Source: Anolis carolinensis (taxonomy: Eukaryota). Taken from it: DNA of 64,000 nucleotides. Within the stretch, counting starts at the first letter, position 1. Every line of letters starts with the position of its first letter. Below, piece after piece: positions 37,191 through 51,833 of this stretch. The notes under the pieces were generated by a model. It saw only the letters and a program-made list of their open reading frames with translations, searched no databases and was not told the origin of the DNA. The stretch lies in the NCBI RefSeq assembly GCF_035594765.1, contig NC_085841.1:39787636-39851635 (forward strand), in the 5' to 3' direction. Made by a program: the position numbers and the translations under genes.

Positions 37191-40100
37191 CTCATTGATT
37201 TTTAGCCCTTTTTATCTTGCTCTCTTTAGGTAATAGCTTTCTAAATATTTCATGTTGGTGATACATTTTTTTAGCATGCATTTCGTGACACAGTAATTTG
37301 GTTTTAGTAGAAATGGGCCCTTACAAGAGATTCAGAAACATACAAAAATTGTAATAATGAAATACAATGTATCTCATGACGACCGTTCATTTATATTTTT
37401 AAAAATATGTGATTTGCAAGATTTCTCATTATGCTTGCATGACACCATGACACACTGCAGCTGACACATCACGATACGTAGTTTGGAAAGCTCTGCTTTA
37501 GATAGTATTGTATATCCACACTTCTGTGTTTCATTCATAAATCCAATAGATGAAATTTGCCCCATCAGGGCAAAACCTTTACCTTTACCTGGTGTGTAAA
37601 GGGGGTCAAGAAGTCCCAATCTTTTTGGAATGTTAGTCAAAGATTTCTCCTTGATCCGCATTGTCAGTTTGTCTATCTCACCTTGTTTGCAGATCTTCAT
37701 CAGCTATTCTTTAGTTTACTTCCTTTTCCAGAGTTGCTCTTCTCTCTTTTTTTTTTAAAAGGCAGGCTTGTCCAGGACCTGGAAAGAAGGCCTGTTATTT
37801 CAAAACTATAGAGTTGTAGTGCCAGGAAAAGCTTAGAAATGAATATATTTAAAGGTGAAATACGGCATAAATCTGTCCTTGCTTTCACAATGTGGCCTAT
37901 AATTTCCTTAATTTTCAACATGCTCCTGAGGCCGCCTTTCTAAACCTGGTGCACTCCAGTTATGTTGAAGTTTCAGTAATTGCACCCCTGTCGTTGTGTG
38001 CCTTCGAGTGGCTTTTTAAAAGATGACATGAAGTTAGCAAAACTGGCTGACAACCAGCACTTGATGAGTTACTTTTTAAAGTTATTAGTTACAATTACCT
38101 TTCAAGGCTTCCAAATGTTTACTGTTTTCCTCTCATGAAGCCTTTTAAGCTTCTTAAACTCTTTCCACTTGTTACCCTTTCCTCCTGATAAATTTTTATG
38201 TGACCCCAAGTATATAGGTATATAAAATAGGTATAAAATGTAAACATTAATGATAATAAATCAACATTTGCAAGGTGTGCTAGACTGCCTGATTTTCTTT
38301 TTTGTGGAGTACAACTGAAACATTTTCAACAGAGTCAACAGTAAACATTGCAATTGTTGCTAATGGATTTATGTAAATGGATGACATTCAGAAACCTTCA
38401 CTGTTGCCAATGTTTTTGTTTTCCCAAAACTGAGCGAAGGGGTTCCCATTTGAGGTTGGGACCCATAGATTAAGAAGTGCTTAGGACACTATTGCAGCTG
38501 AGGTTTGACCAATACAAAATGGAGTGACTAAGGGGATTCCATTTGGAGTCAGGACCCACAGTTTAAGAAGCAGTGCTTTAAACAACATCAATATCCAAGT
38601 GCTGCAATGTACTGTCCTGCCATACAAAATGCACATAAGCAATCAGGCCATACAGACTATACATTTAAATCTGTATTGTTGTTCAGTATGGTGTAGGGGT
38701 GTACGAAATTCTGTAGATAGATTCAAATTTTGGGTAATTTTGGAGATGTGGCAGCTAACCATCAAAAGCGAACCAGGAGGGACACTACCCCGACTATGAA
38801 TCCACAAATCTTTCAGCTAAATTAAGGAAAAATTAATAAATTTGGACTAATTTTTCATCATTGATATTCTGACAGTTTGTTTGTTTTGCAAGCACACACA
38901 GCAATCTCTCTGTGGTGGGGGTGGGGGGTGGGGCTGAGCGCCAAGTGCAGCCACACTGGCTGCATCACGTTTCTCAGCCAATCAGAGGACTGGTTCTGTC
39001 CATTCTCCTCTCCTCTTGTGGTGCACACTGTTTTGCGCTTCATATCCCAGAAATCCCTGTTGTCGTTTTTCTTAAATGTTATTGGTAGAAATTGAAAATT
39101 TTTCCAAAAGTCAGTGGATTAGTGAAATGTTCTGAAACTTGAGGGGCGTCACTTCAGGTCTTGCCAGAAAATTCAAAAGCCTGGGCATTTCTAATTTAGA
39201 GACAGACAAAGATGCATTAATAAACAACAACATTCCTAAACAAATTTGAATTTGATGCACTTCTAGAATACTTTGATTTCACAAATTCTTTCAATAGCAT
39301 ATTTTCTAACCATAATTGCAAAGGGATTAAAAAAATCTTATTCAAGTTTAGGAATATACAACTGCAGCCTAAATACAAAAAAGGCCGAAGCATACAATAG
39401 TATAAATAAAATCAATATATTTGAATCCCATATAAAACCTAGTGTTTTATTCCAGATATGTTCAGTTATAATATCTTTATCATAAAGCATCATCCTAAAT
39501 TGCAAGAAGCTAACAATGAAAATTGTGAGTGATAATGTTGGCAAAGATTAACTCTACATCTGCTGAACTTTGCTGTGTAATTTAGAGGCTACCTTCTCTT
39601 CCTTGAATACTATGAAGACCATGTTGGTATGAAGTATTAAAATGATGGAGAGGATTTATGGTAGTAAAGTCACACCTCAATTAGCAAGCTCTCTGACAAA
39701 AAGCTCCCTTTTATAAAGTCATTTTTAGACCCACAGAACCTCCCTTCCCTCTATTTTGCCGGAGGTTTCTTTTTTAGTAACATTGGTATTGGGCGGCTAG
39801 TAAAAGAGGTTTGGAAAAACCACAGACTTTTCGTGCAGTAAAGAAACCAATGAAGATTCTATGTGTCTCCTTGTCTTTGATGGGTGGAAACAGAGTGACT
39901 TGGGGTGTCACAATATTGGCTCCTTTTTTCCTACTTTTCTCTACCAAGTGGCAATTGGCTTCCATCCTTCAGAAGATGCTACCAGGGATGCTGCTGCTGC
40001 TATTTTCAAGTGCAGAGGTTGAATTCATGGCATGTCTTCACCAAATGTCCCTGTGGTGGTATTGAGACCAAGAGAAAGCTTTCCAGCTAGGATCTTCAAA

Positions 40101-41589
40101 CTCAGACTGGCTCATACTAGGAGCCTTTCAGACAGTCTGGACCCAAGCCATCAATACAAATTGTGTATTCCCAGAAGGAAATAATGGGTTTAAAAATATT
40201 TTTTACAGAGTTAAGCTTGGCATATTTGTGCAAAGAATGAAATGGCTGATGTTCTAAATTTAACAAATGATATGCATGAATTAGACAGTGCTGCTCTGTT
40301 CAAGCCCTAGCTAAGCTTTAACAAGATTCATTTTCAGCTAAATGTCTGAGTGACAGCAAAATAGTTTAGCTCCTGTTTCACAGATCTGTTTCTTCTATTA
40401 ATGTTTCATTGGAAGCCCTAAGAATATCAGTTCCACGGAATTCATCTTCATTTGCTTTTGCAAACACAAAGAATTTGGGATGTTATCACACCATGCTGTT
40501 ATACCGTCATAACAATGCATTAATCTCACTTGTGCCTCAGACTTGTTGCACAACACCATTGTTTTCCAGGCATTGTTGCATTGTGTGATAGTTGAATGTG
40601 TGTGTGTATTACGTAATTCACTCTGGAAATAATATTTTAATGATCCTCTTTTCTGGCAATAATCTAATAACCAATTAAGGTGCAAATATCTCATAGCACT
40701 TTCTTCAGTGAATGAGCCATGTGTGACCATGGTGTGTGTGTGTGTTACCAAGTTGCAATTCCTGTCTCAAGGATTCCCAGGGAAGCCTGGCACAGAAATC
40801 CAGACCACCTCTGATGCTCAGGCAGGAAATACAGTTTTTTTGTATGCTTAAAAAAATAAGTTTTTAATTAAGTGTGTTAATGACATAGAGAATGTAAGAA
40901 AAAACATCAAAAGAGAATCAGATACACATAATATAGATATGCCATTCTCCCAAAAACCGCACCCTTCCCTCCACCCGTAAACCACTATCTACGACTTCCA
41001 ACATCAGTGTGAAACTAGTATCTCAAAAAAAAAACCTACCCTTATCTTGCATTAATAAATTCTCCTTGCGATAACTTAAAAGACTATTTTTGTCTTCCTT
41101 TCTACATATCCAAATGCACACCCCCATTTCCTAGCAAAGTCTTCATTGCTTCCTCCCTGAATGCCATTGGACAGCTTGGCCATTTGGATATGCTCCTCCA
41201 CTGCTCTCTCTGGAGCTCAGTGGTTCCCATTCTTCTCCTTTGGCAACCAACCCGGAAGATTTTAACCCATCTTTTGATATATTTTGTTTGCTATTATTTT
41301 GTCATAATGCCATGGCATGTTGTTTTTCATTTGTTTTCCTATTACGGCTACAGTTTTAAAAAGAAATAACAATGGATGGAACCAATCACAAATAGGGGAG
41401 AATAATGTTTGTGTTCTACCATGAGACTGGAAATCAGAGTTCAAATCCCCTGTTGGCCATGGAAACTGGGTGACCTTAGACAAGTCATACTCTCTAGGTC
41501 CTAGAGGAAGGAAAAGGCAAGCCACCTCTACATAAATCCCCTTGATTGTTTTGTCTTACAGCCTGGTATCCTAAATTGGACACAATTTA

Positions 41590-41735
41590 GGCCCTTCCAC
41601 AGTCATATAATCCAAAATATCAAGGCAGAAAATCCCACAGTATCTGCTTTGAACTGCATTATCTGAGTCTACACTACCATATATTCCAGTTCAAAGCAGA
41701 AAATGTGGGATTTTATTCAGTTGTGTGGAAGGGCC
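41590..41735. mobile_element. PIF/Harbinger-like MITE
   Basis: TIRs GGCCCTTCCACA / TGTGGAAGGGCC with internal palindromy. Confidence 0.6.
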
Positions 41736-42262
41736 CTGCGAGGCACACAGCAACAAAACTAAAATAAAAATTCCTGAATCCACCTTCACTTAATAACAAC
41801 CAATGTAGAGATTGCTCTACGCACATATATCATTTCCTAACTTGGTTGATAGTAATTTTCATTCTCATTTGGGCATAGTAAATGGGCTTTGGGATAATTA
41901 ATGCTGCACAGAACCCCTGGTCCATTACTCAAAAGATAATTCAGTTAATAGTAAAGGCAATGTTATTTCTTTACAAAAAAATGCCTTTAAAAGTTCCAAG
42001 TTCCATGCATGCTTTGCAGTTCTCTTTCTGTGAATATATTGCACAAGAAGGCAATGCACTGAGGATCTCATCTTCATGTTTACTCCGTCCTTTCCCTCTT
42101 TGGCGGCCCTGCCCGTTGTTTATGCCACTCACAGCCACTCACAAAGGTGACTGGCCTGCGGGGAACAGGATGGGACTGGATGGGACAAAATGTAAGTTCC
42201 TTTCTTATTCCCATGAAAACATCTTCAAAATTACAGTAACTTTCATTTGGTAAAAGGGGCAT

Positions 42263-42264
<2 letters not shown>

Positions 42265-42293
<29 letters not shown>
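42265..42293. repeat. (GT)n microsatellite
   Basis: Direct inspection. Confidence 0.95.
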
Positions 42294-42295
<2 letters not shown>

Positions 42296-43382
42296 TATTG
42301 CATGTGTTCTGATCCTCTGAACATAGGGAAACAATGACCCTCTATCGTTGCAACAGTTGAAAATATTTATGAGAATAGATGAGAAAACTACAAGAGAAGA
42401 AAGAAAATGGCCAGCCAAAATAAGATGCCATATTGCCAAGAGGAAGAATATGAATAGTGAGGTTTGTACTGAAAAGAATTTCAAAATATAATAGTAAAAA
42501 CAACAATAAAACCAGGATTTCTTTATCCTTTTCACCAATTTGCAGTACTGCAACTTAATTAGAGATTTATTTTTACAGAGAATGCTTAAGATGCAACCAT
42601 TTCGGAAAACAACAAAAAATTACGAAAGTGGGATTCAGATAACAATTTGCTCACCAAAAGTTTGACAAAAATGATGAACAACAAAATATAAATACCCTCA
42701 ACAATATTTGTCATAATTAATAGATGCCGGAAAAAATACTTCAGGAAGGGAAAATAAGAACAATAAATATGTGTGTGTTATGGCCAACTTAGCATTTGAA
42801 ATTTTGTTGACAAAATTTATTTTTTAAATTAGTTTGAGTTTTTACTCAAAAGTGAAATCACATCAATTATACAGCTCATCATTAATGTCAAGGTTATTTC
42901 TAAGAGGCATAAAATAAAAGGTGACTTAAAATACTTGCCAAGAATAGCACATTTGTAAATAGACAGATAATCATCTCAGCTGTGCAACTACAGTTAACTA
43001 TCTGTCATTCTATCCATTATATTTGTATATGATATATGTAAATGAATACGTACTTGCATCATAACTATTTATGGACAGATAGTATGGCAATGTATGCCAA
43101 GATAGGCATGATACAAGCACATATTAATGCAGAGTATTTTAATATCGTTAAAAGAGCTAGGCTGAAAAAAATGTATGCCATCTGTTATCAATTAAAATAA
43201 CCTATTTTAGGTGAGACATGATTAAAATAAGTGACCTAGAGTCTGGTGTTTTTTTATTCTTTTCCTATTATTGCTACTGTGCCATTTTGTGTGAATGTTC
43301 CCCATACAGACAAAAACATTGTAGATGGAAAATGCAATGTTCCCTGTGATAAGAATGGAGAACATTTGGACCTCAAGACTGG

Positions 43383-43880
43383 AATTTATTTATTTTTATT
43401 TATTTACAGTATTTATATTCCACCCTTCTCACCCTGAAGGGGACTCAGGGCAGATCATAATGCACACATATACATGGCAAACATTAAATGCCATTAGACA
43501 TACGACATACAGACACAGAGGCAATTTAACATTCCAGCTTCCGGCTTCATGAGGGTATGCTCGATTCTGGCCACAGAGGGAGCTGCCGCTTCACCGTCCA
43601 CTTGTGAAACCGAGTCCTTGATGGAGTATTTCCTCATTCTTCCACACGCTGCTGGAAGGTTTTATGGTGTTGTAAATTAGTTAAATTAGCCTCCCCACAT
43701 AAAGCAGTACCTAAATTTCCTACTTGACAGATGCAACTGTCTTTCGGGCTGCATAGGTCAACAGCAAGCTAGACTATTAATGGTTGGGAGCTTACTCCGC
43801 CCCAGGCTGGCTTTGAACTCATGACCTCTCAGTCAGTAGTGATTTATTGCAGCTGGCTACTGACCAGCTGCACCACAACC
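43383..43880 (-). mobile_element. tRNA-derived SINE with L2-like tail (same family as 9665-10140)
   Basis: Full-length reverse-complement similarity, including the tail. Confidence 0.75.
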
Positions 43881-45651
43881 CTTAGTCTTAACAGACATGA
43901 TAAGGATGGAAGATGCAAAGCAAGCAATCAACCCTCCATATGCGCACATTCTTTATTCACACATTCAATCATCTGTGATGTGGAAATATTCCCTTCCTCT
44001 AAAAAAAATTAAAAGCACACATTGAGTTTACCACTTTATATAAGGTATGCCATGTTATTGTTCCATTGTAGATAATGAGACTTGAGCATCCACAAATTTT
44101 GGTAACCACCAGGGCCCCTTAGAACCAAACCCTAGCAAATACCAAAGGTTACACATTTCCTATTCCTATTGGCTCTACATCATGCACACAACTTATTGCA
44201 GTTTCTGTGATCAGGTGTTTGTGATACTGGGACTACATGTTTTTGAAACTCTAAGCTGGAGTGCATAAAAATCACTCAATTTTACCACATTAGAATGTGT
44301 TTTATTCTATGTTTGGACTTCTGTTTTACTTGAGATACAAGAATAATAAATCTGGCTAGATGAGAAAAAAAATAGTTTCTAGGAAGTATTCTTAATTACA
44401 GTTAATTGGACTTTGACTTATGGTCAACCTATGAATGAGAGACATTCTAAAGAACAGTCATCCTGTTCAGATCTTGTAAAATCAGAACTTTGGCTCACTG
44501 GAATGCATCATTTTCTACTGTCTTTGACCTTTTAAAGTTCTATTGTCCTTTATAAGTCATGTTATCTTATTTTATACTCAAGGTTCACTAGCTTCAATTT
44601 TGTTATTTTGGCCTCTCATAACAAATGAAGATACATGCAAACTTATGCGGAAAGTAAAGATGAAGTAAAGACAGAACTGAAAGGAATAAAACAATCACTT
44701 ATCCAGATGAGTACATATATGAAAATGTTAGTGCATCAAGTACAGGAATCAGAAAGATCAATGTGAGAAGAAACATTTGGAGAAACTGGGAAAAGAGCAC
44801 CCAATGGACTTACTGACATGAAGAGAAGCAAAATGAAGAAAGAAAAGCTTAAGATTTAGAGGCATAAAATCAAAAATCAAAAAACAAAACTAATTAAGAT
44901 ATATATATAAGCGGATAGTGAACATTTTGGCAAGTTTCATGAGGAGATGAAGTAGCCATCAAAAAGGATTTAAATCAAGTGTATAGCGGTATATTTCTAC
45001 ACTTTAAAGAGAGAAGATATGGACTAGACTCGATGACAAAGGCCAAATAATTTTACAAAAGAAACAGATTTGAACTGGATGAATCACCAGAAGCAAGAAG
45101 AGAAGAAAATGCAGGATCTGAAAAGAGAGAGGAAGGCAAAGGGCCTGAAACTTACTGGAAAAGAGGGGAAAAAAAGGAAAGAATTGTGAAAGCTTTTGGA
45201 GTGAAGGAAGTGGATAAATTGGCCATGATACATAGGGAGGAAATAGAAGAGAACTTTGTCACGGAATGAGAACTATCTCTGAATTTTGTGGGAAGAAGGA
45301 AAGAGGGAAGTGTTCATAGAATAGGCTTCTTAATATGGTGTTTGTTAGAATTTTGCTGGGAATTTTTAGATGATGAGTTTTGTGCTAGAAGTCAGAATGG
45401 GAGACTGTCTTACTGGGAAGGAGGGAAAGGGTTGTATATTGTCTTTGACCCAAGCCATGAGAGGTCTCTGCAACAGAAGGGGTAAGAGGAGGGATTAGTA
45501 TAATAGAGAACAACTGTTGCAGGCACTGTTAAAAATGTATGCATTTATGTATACACATATGTGTAGTTTTGGGGGGAAGGGAGGGGGAGGGAGGGGAAGA
45601 AGTAATAGCATTGTATTGCATTTGATCTTGATAAAAAAAAATGTAATATCT

Positions 45652-45885
45652 GTTGTCGAAGGCTTTCATGGCCGGAATCACAGGGTTGTTGTGTGTTTTC
45701 TGAGCTGTATGGCCATGTTCCAGAAGTATTCTCTCCTGATGTTTTACCCACATTTATGGCAGGCATCCTCAGAGGTTGTGAGGTATACACAATCTCTGAG
45801 GATGCCTGCCATAGATGTGGGTGAAACGTCAGGAGAGAATACTTCTGGAACATGGCCATACAGCCTGGAAAACACACAACAACCC
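45652..45885. mobile_element. Penelope-derived fold-back insertion with 12-bp TSD
   Basis: ~97-bp inverted arms (45683-45779 and 45789-45885). TSD AATGTAATATCT at 45640-45651 and 45886-45897. Confidence 0.85.
45793..45836 (+). ncRNA. Minimal type I hammerhead ribozyme motif (Penelope-associated)
   Basis: CTGAGGA (45796-45802), then a stem II region, then GAAAC-GTC (45823-45830). Confidence 0.6.
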
Positions 45886-48566
45886 AATGTAATATCTACA
45901 ATACAATTGTGAAAATAAAACTTTCATTCATTCATGAACTGGAATCAGCAAGTGTTTAAGGAAGCAGATGGTTGGTGTGTACAAGCGGTTGTCAGCCTAG
46001 TCCAGGTCAGTCATGAAATGACTTCTTGACTTGCTATAGTGAATCAAGAAGCCATCTCAATAGCCCAGAAGCCCAGGTAGAGAGTAAAGAAATTAACCAG
46101 TCCCAAGGTCAAAACAAAACAGGAACATGAGAGAGAACCACCAGGGAACCAGATAAGATAGTTGTCAACAGTAAGGCAAGAGAAAGGTGCCCAGACTTTT
46201 ATGGACTGCTTGTTCAAGGCCACAGGTACCTCATTAATGTCTTTTAAGTCATTGCTGGGCTTGGTCTTTCTTCCTCCATTACGCAATGAAAGAAAGGGCA
46301 TGTTGTGGTTTTGGATCTGTAGTGTCTGCCAGCTCCTGCAGGGTTCTTTGTTGCCCCAGCCTCCATCTCCTGGGAGTCAGAGAGTTCTGCTATCAAAAGA
46401 TGCATATTCCTGGCAATCTGTCTCCTCCTGCTCCTTTCCTGAGTTGTACAAGAGTTATAACAAGAACTCTCATTCAGCACCTTATTTCAAATGAATGAAG
46501 TTTACTCCTATCCATGAAGTACAATAGGATAGTTTTTGTGAGTGTGTACGTGCGGGGGGACTGGACGGGACGTGTACCTTTCATTATTTCACAGCTATTT
46601 CAGAAAATACTCTTATTAGTACTCTTTTGACACACTGTTTGCAAATTAGTGCCTTCAAATTTTTAAAGGAATTACTGAGAAGATGTCAGACTGGCATCTG
46701 GCTGGAAGTTGGGGCGTTTTGTGTGTGACAGGCTTTTTCCACATGTATCACCACCCAGATGTCAGATTGTGGTAGTGTCTGACTTATTATTGACCTAGAC
46801 CAGACTCAAGACCACAACTGAAGATTAAAGTTTTCATTTTCCATTGACTATGCCAGGACTTAGTTCTCTCATGATTCTGTTTCCCAGTGCTGCTGGAAAC
46901 AGACATCTGGATCTTTTAGGTAATCTAATAAATGCACAAGTAAAAGTGCAAAGAAGAAAGAGGAATTATTCAAATTACGTGTTACATTTTGGCTTCTGCT
47001 GACAACTTGGGTGAGGATTACAAGATTAGCTGGAGGGTATGGGAGAGAACAGAACTCTTGCATCAAATCCTTGGTTTATGAAAATAGACACAATTAGGAA
47101 CAAAATGGGAAAAATCAGTTTCATGCATGAGCATTTAAAATGTCTTTATTAAAATTTTGAGAATTATATTCCTTGCAGGCGTCAGGGAAACAAGTGAAAT
47201 CTTATTCCCCTTGCTTCTCTCTTTATTTTATTATTTTGTTGGAAGTCACAGTTGGAACAATAAGAATGTTAGGAAGACTGTGGTTTGGAAAATGCAGACA
47301 TTTAATCATACACTGATTTATAACAGTATCGCTGTCTGATGTTTTCAGGATGTTCAGTGTTACAACCAGGAAACTCATCTGGCATGAATCTGGAAGCCTA
47401 GAACTTAACCCTGGGAGTTACATTAAACAGTGTGTATCCTTGACATACAAAGGAATATGTTGTGCAGTACAATATCAATTCCTTTGATTGGCAGGATTAA
47501 CCAGGTCCACTATAATTACTAGATGCCTGGAATACTTCCATCATCTCTTATTACCAGAGTTTTATCAAGGTTAGGCCTTAGTACAATCATACTTGGATAT
47601 CTATCAAATAACCATTATCCCTGCAGGACCCAAGCCAGACAGTGGTATGTTTTGGATAGTACCCTGGAGCACCTAACATGGTGTGGCATTGTGTAAATAT
47701 TAATCAGGGTGTTGGGATATCATCAAATATGGTACCTCTTACCAAAGGCCACTTAAACCTAGACCCAGTTCTGAAACAACATTTGTCTTTGCCATTCTGT
47801 CTTTCAGTACATAATTCTAAAAAGCCTAGATTAGAGAACATCTGAAGTGGTACAAGGTCACATGATCTGTATTAATTATCACATTTTCTACTGACATCCA
47901 TGCAAACAATTCTGACCTTGTAGGTAATACATATAATTATTAGTCTCAATGGTTCATACCAGTCTGTATATAATATTAGATATCAACTCCCAGGAATTCT
48001 ATGCCAATGGGGTCAATGGCCAGAAATACTGGGAACTGTCGTTGAAATGTACCTGGTTCAAGTCTAGCAGATCTTAAGATTCTTTAGTGAAAGAATGGCA
48101 GATAAACATCCCTGCCCATTCAGCACTACTGAGCTGTTGATGTAATGCACAGATTCAGAAGAGTGTTGTGTGTGCACTGAGGCACACCCTCACTTTGCAG
48201 GAAAGCAATGGTGAGGCGGAAACAGGACTGTTAATCCTCTTTAAGAGTAGAATATTACTAAGAACTCTGCCTTGCTACTAATTATCTCCTAATACATCAC
48301 CTTCAGAATCCTCTGTGTTGTCCAGGTAATGTGCAGGTACATATTTGTTGTTTAAAATATTTCTGGACTCTTATATAATAGATTTTGTACAAGAGGAAAA
48401 AGAATAGAAGAAAGTAATCTTCATAACCATTTCAGATTAAAAGTCATCGAAGAACTAACAAATTACTTTTTACTGTGATAAGCCGGAATGAAGTTTTCCT
48501 TTTGACTGTTATGGCCACAGTTGTAATTCACTATTATTCAACAGAATCAGAATGGGCTGTCAGCCT

Positions 48567-49800
48567 GCTTACTTACTTAGGTGATATCTCGTTGTTCAAG
48601 TATGATTGTCTTCCAGGTTTAGTGTCCTGGTGGTGGATACGTAGGTGATTGTGGAGCCCTATTTTTGACCCACATGTTCTTCCACAGTGAGGACATTGGT
48701 CTCCAGGTGGAAGGTGATCCCGACCAAGTTGGCTTGATGTGCCTTCCTCTTGGCATATTTCTCCCTTTCAGCCTCCATTCGTGCCTCTTCAAATTCCACA
48801 GCATTGCTGGTCACAGCTGACCTCCAGCTAGAACGCTTAAGGGCCAGGACTTCCCAGTTCTCGGTGTCTATGCCACAGTTTTTAACTTTAAACCCATCTT
48901 TAAACCTCTTTTCCTGTCCACCAACATTCCATTTTCTGTTCTTGATTTGGGAGTATACTAACTGCTTTGGAAGACGGTGATTGGACATTTGAACAACATT
49001 GCCAATCCAGCAGAGTTGATGACGTAGGAATATTGCTTCAATGTCAGTAGTTTTTGCTTCTTCCAGCATGCTGACATTTGTCCGCCTGTCTTGCCAAGAT
49101 TTTTTGGAGGCAATGCTGATGGAATCATTCCAGGAGTCGAGTATGACGTCTGTAAACGGTCCACATTTCACAGGTGTATAATATGGTTGGGAGGACAATA
49201 GCTTTATAAACAAGCTATTTGCTTCTGCAAATATGTTTAGAGTGGCTTGTAGGTCTTCTTCTGAATGCGCATGGACAACATTATCATTGGCATATTGGAG
49301 TTCTATAACAGATGTTGTTGTGACCTTGGTTTTGGCTTTCAGTCTGCTGAGGTTAAATAACTTGCCATCTGTCCAATAGATAATTTCCACTCTGGTGGGA
49401 AGCTTCCCATCAACAAGATGAAGTATCATAGCGATGAAGATGGAAAATAAGGGGCAATAACACATCTCTGTTTGACACCTGATTCCATTTTAAATGGGTC
49501 ACTTTGGGAACCATTGTTGTGCCATCATGTCATCGTGGAAGAGTCACAGGATGTTCACAAATTTGTCGGGGCATCTGATATTTTGGAGGATGGTCCAGAG
49601 AGCACTGCGATTCACTGTGTCAAATGCCTTTGCAAGGTCGATGGATGCCATCTTTCCTGCATTTTTGGATCTGTCATACAGTGAAGATCATGTACACCAT
49701 TCCTCTGGAGGGGCAGAAGCCATTCTGGGATTCTGGGAGGGTGTCTTCTGAGACAGGTAGAAGGCGGTTTGCAAGGATTCTTGCGAGGATTTTCCTCAGC
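48567..49800 (-). mobile_element. RTE-clade LINE, 5'-truncated and internally deleted RT pseudogene
   Basis: ORF 48659-49465: GKLFNLSRLKAKTKV...ELQYAND (mutated YADD)...RLPKQLVYSQ...GGQEKRFKD. (TAAG)n tail at 48567-48579. Confidence 0.88.
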
Positions 49801-50227
49801 CAGCTACTCATTACTTTATGGGTGTATTGATTAAGTATGAGCAATGGGAAGAGGAAAGATAACTTATTTATTTATTTATTTATTTAGTGAACTTACATCC
49901 CACCTTCTCCCAGGTTAGGATACAATAATTTAAAAATGAAACCATTAATTGACCAAACTTTGAAAGGATTAAACAATTTTAAAACATGATTAGAACAGTT
50001 AAAATCTTTAAAATATATTTAAAACAAAATTTCCAGCAATGTTTATAGCACATCTCTTTACATTTTCCTTATGGTATACAATGGTATCTGAATTGATCCT
50101 TTGGGAAGTAAGATCATGTGTTTCTGTATTTTCCAACAGCATAAATAGTAACAGTAATGGTAACTTGTTAATATTGAGTAACTGAGCTAGTTACTTTGTT
50201 TAAAATTAACAAGAAATGCCTGTTGGA

Positions 50228-50229
50228 TA

Positions 50230-50275
<46 letters not shown>
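50228..50275. repeat. (TAA)n microsatellite
   Basis: Direct inspection. Confidence 0.95.
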
Positions 50276-50280
<5 letters not shown>

Positions 50281-51052
50281 CATTATTTGTATTCTATCTC
50301 CCCGATGGGATAAAGTAACTAATGTGTCAAAAACTAACATTCCAATCTCTTTGTAAAGATCCAAAGCAGACTAAGACAACATAACTTTTTAAATGCATAA
50401 AGAAATAGAAAATTCTTAACTTGGCACAAGGATGGGGATAAACATTAGGAAGACCTTCCTTATAATATGGTCTAAATCTGCAATGGAACAGACAAGATAA
50501 CCCAGTGGTCCTGGCTTTATTAGATGAAATATTTCAGCTTTTGATTCAATAGATGCATAACCTCACAAGGAGAGTGTCACAACAGATAATTATTTTTAAG
50601 AATCTGTGGTATTGGTTAATATATTGGAGCATTTCCCGGTAAAATGTAATAATTTTCTTGTATAGTTCTACAGATATGTAGAGAGAAAATTCGATTCATT
50701 CATATTTCTTATTTTGTTATTTATGAAGAACAGTCAAAGCATACCTAGATAGTTATTATTTTGGTTTTGATAGCAGTCTTCCTAGATGTGCTAAAGTGAG
50801 AACCATAATGTCACAGTATTTCTACTTTCTTGTAGTTAGACTCCACTGATCACTGTCCTTTTCTCTGAAGCAGTAGAAAACAAGCTTACTCATTCTCAAT
50901 TTTGGCAATAATAAAGACACTTTGCTTGTCTCTTTCAGTTAGGGATAAATTGTTAATATACTTTTGAAAACTTGTTCTACTTGAAAACAGTGTTCAAAAC
51001 ACCACTAAAGCAAATTAAATGGCAAAATTATCAACATCTGCCCAATAATCAT

Positions 51053-51188
51053 TAGTGGTTCTCAACCAGTGGATCCCCAGGTGTTTTGGCCTACAACTCC
51101 CAGAAATCCCAGCCAGTTTACCAGCTGTTAGGATTTCTGGGAGTTGAAGGCCAAAAACATCTGGGAACCCACAGGTTGAGAACCACTG
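51053..51188. mobile_element. hAT-type MITE
   Basis: TIRs (T)AGTGGTTCTCAACC / GGTTGAGAACCACTG. Confidence 0.75.
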
Positions 51189-51697
51189 ATCTAGACATTT
51201 TGACAGGGCAGATAAAAGGGATCCTGATCAAGCAGCTGGGTCATTCAAACAATTGATGAACAGATACAGTGGAATTATCCACTCCCTAAGTACAAACCAT
51301 TTGTCATTTGGGAGGTACACCCAAAATAATGAGTTCAGAAACAGAAATAGTGGGTATTCACTTCCAAAGTTTTGGGAAGAACTTGGGTGGGAATCCCTCT
51401 CCATGTAAATTTTCTTTTTTGTCACAGTCACAAAACTGCCTCCTTGCTTGCCCTCTCCATCAAAGTCCATGCTATGTTATCAGATTGGAAAGCAAATGGT
51501 AAGATGTTTCTTTGTTTCCATGTCTTGCTTTTGCAGCAACTATAAATAAGTAGAGTAGGAGGACTAAAAGATTCCATGAATTTGCAGCAATCAACACACA
51601 CACATGCATACATTTCCATCCATGTAGGCTGCTGCACCAAGTCTTGGTGGTAGGTTTATCTGATGGCATGTGACATGAATGACTCTTACATCTACAT

Positions 51698-51833
51698 CAG
51701 AGATGTCAAACGTGTGGTCCTCCTGATGTTTGGGTCTCCAATTCTCAGAAGCCATAGCCAGCTTGTCCAGTAACCGAGAATTATGGGAACTGAGGTCCAA
51801 AACACCTGGAGGGACACAAGTTTGACACCTCTG
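51698..51833. mobile_element. hAT-type MITE (second family)
   Basis: TIRs CAGAGATGTCAAAC / GTTTGACACCTCTG. Confidence 0.6.

Noticed and set aside
38920-39020. CCAAT box and G-rich tract as a second promoter
   Set aside because: Isolated short motifs with no CpG island or downstream exon evidence.
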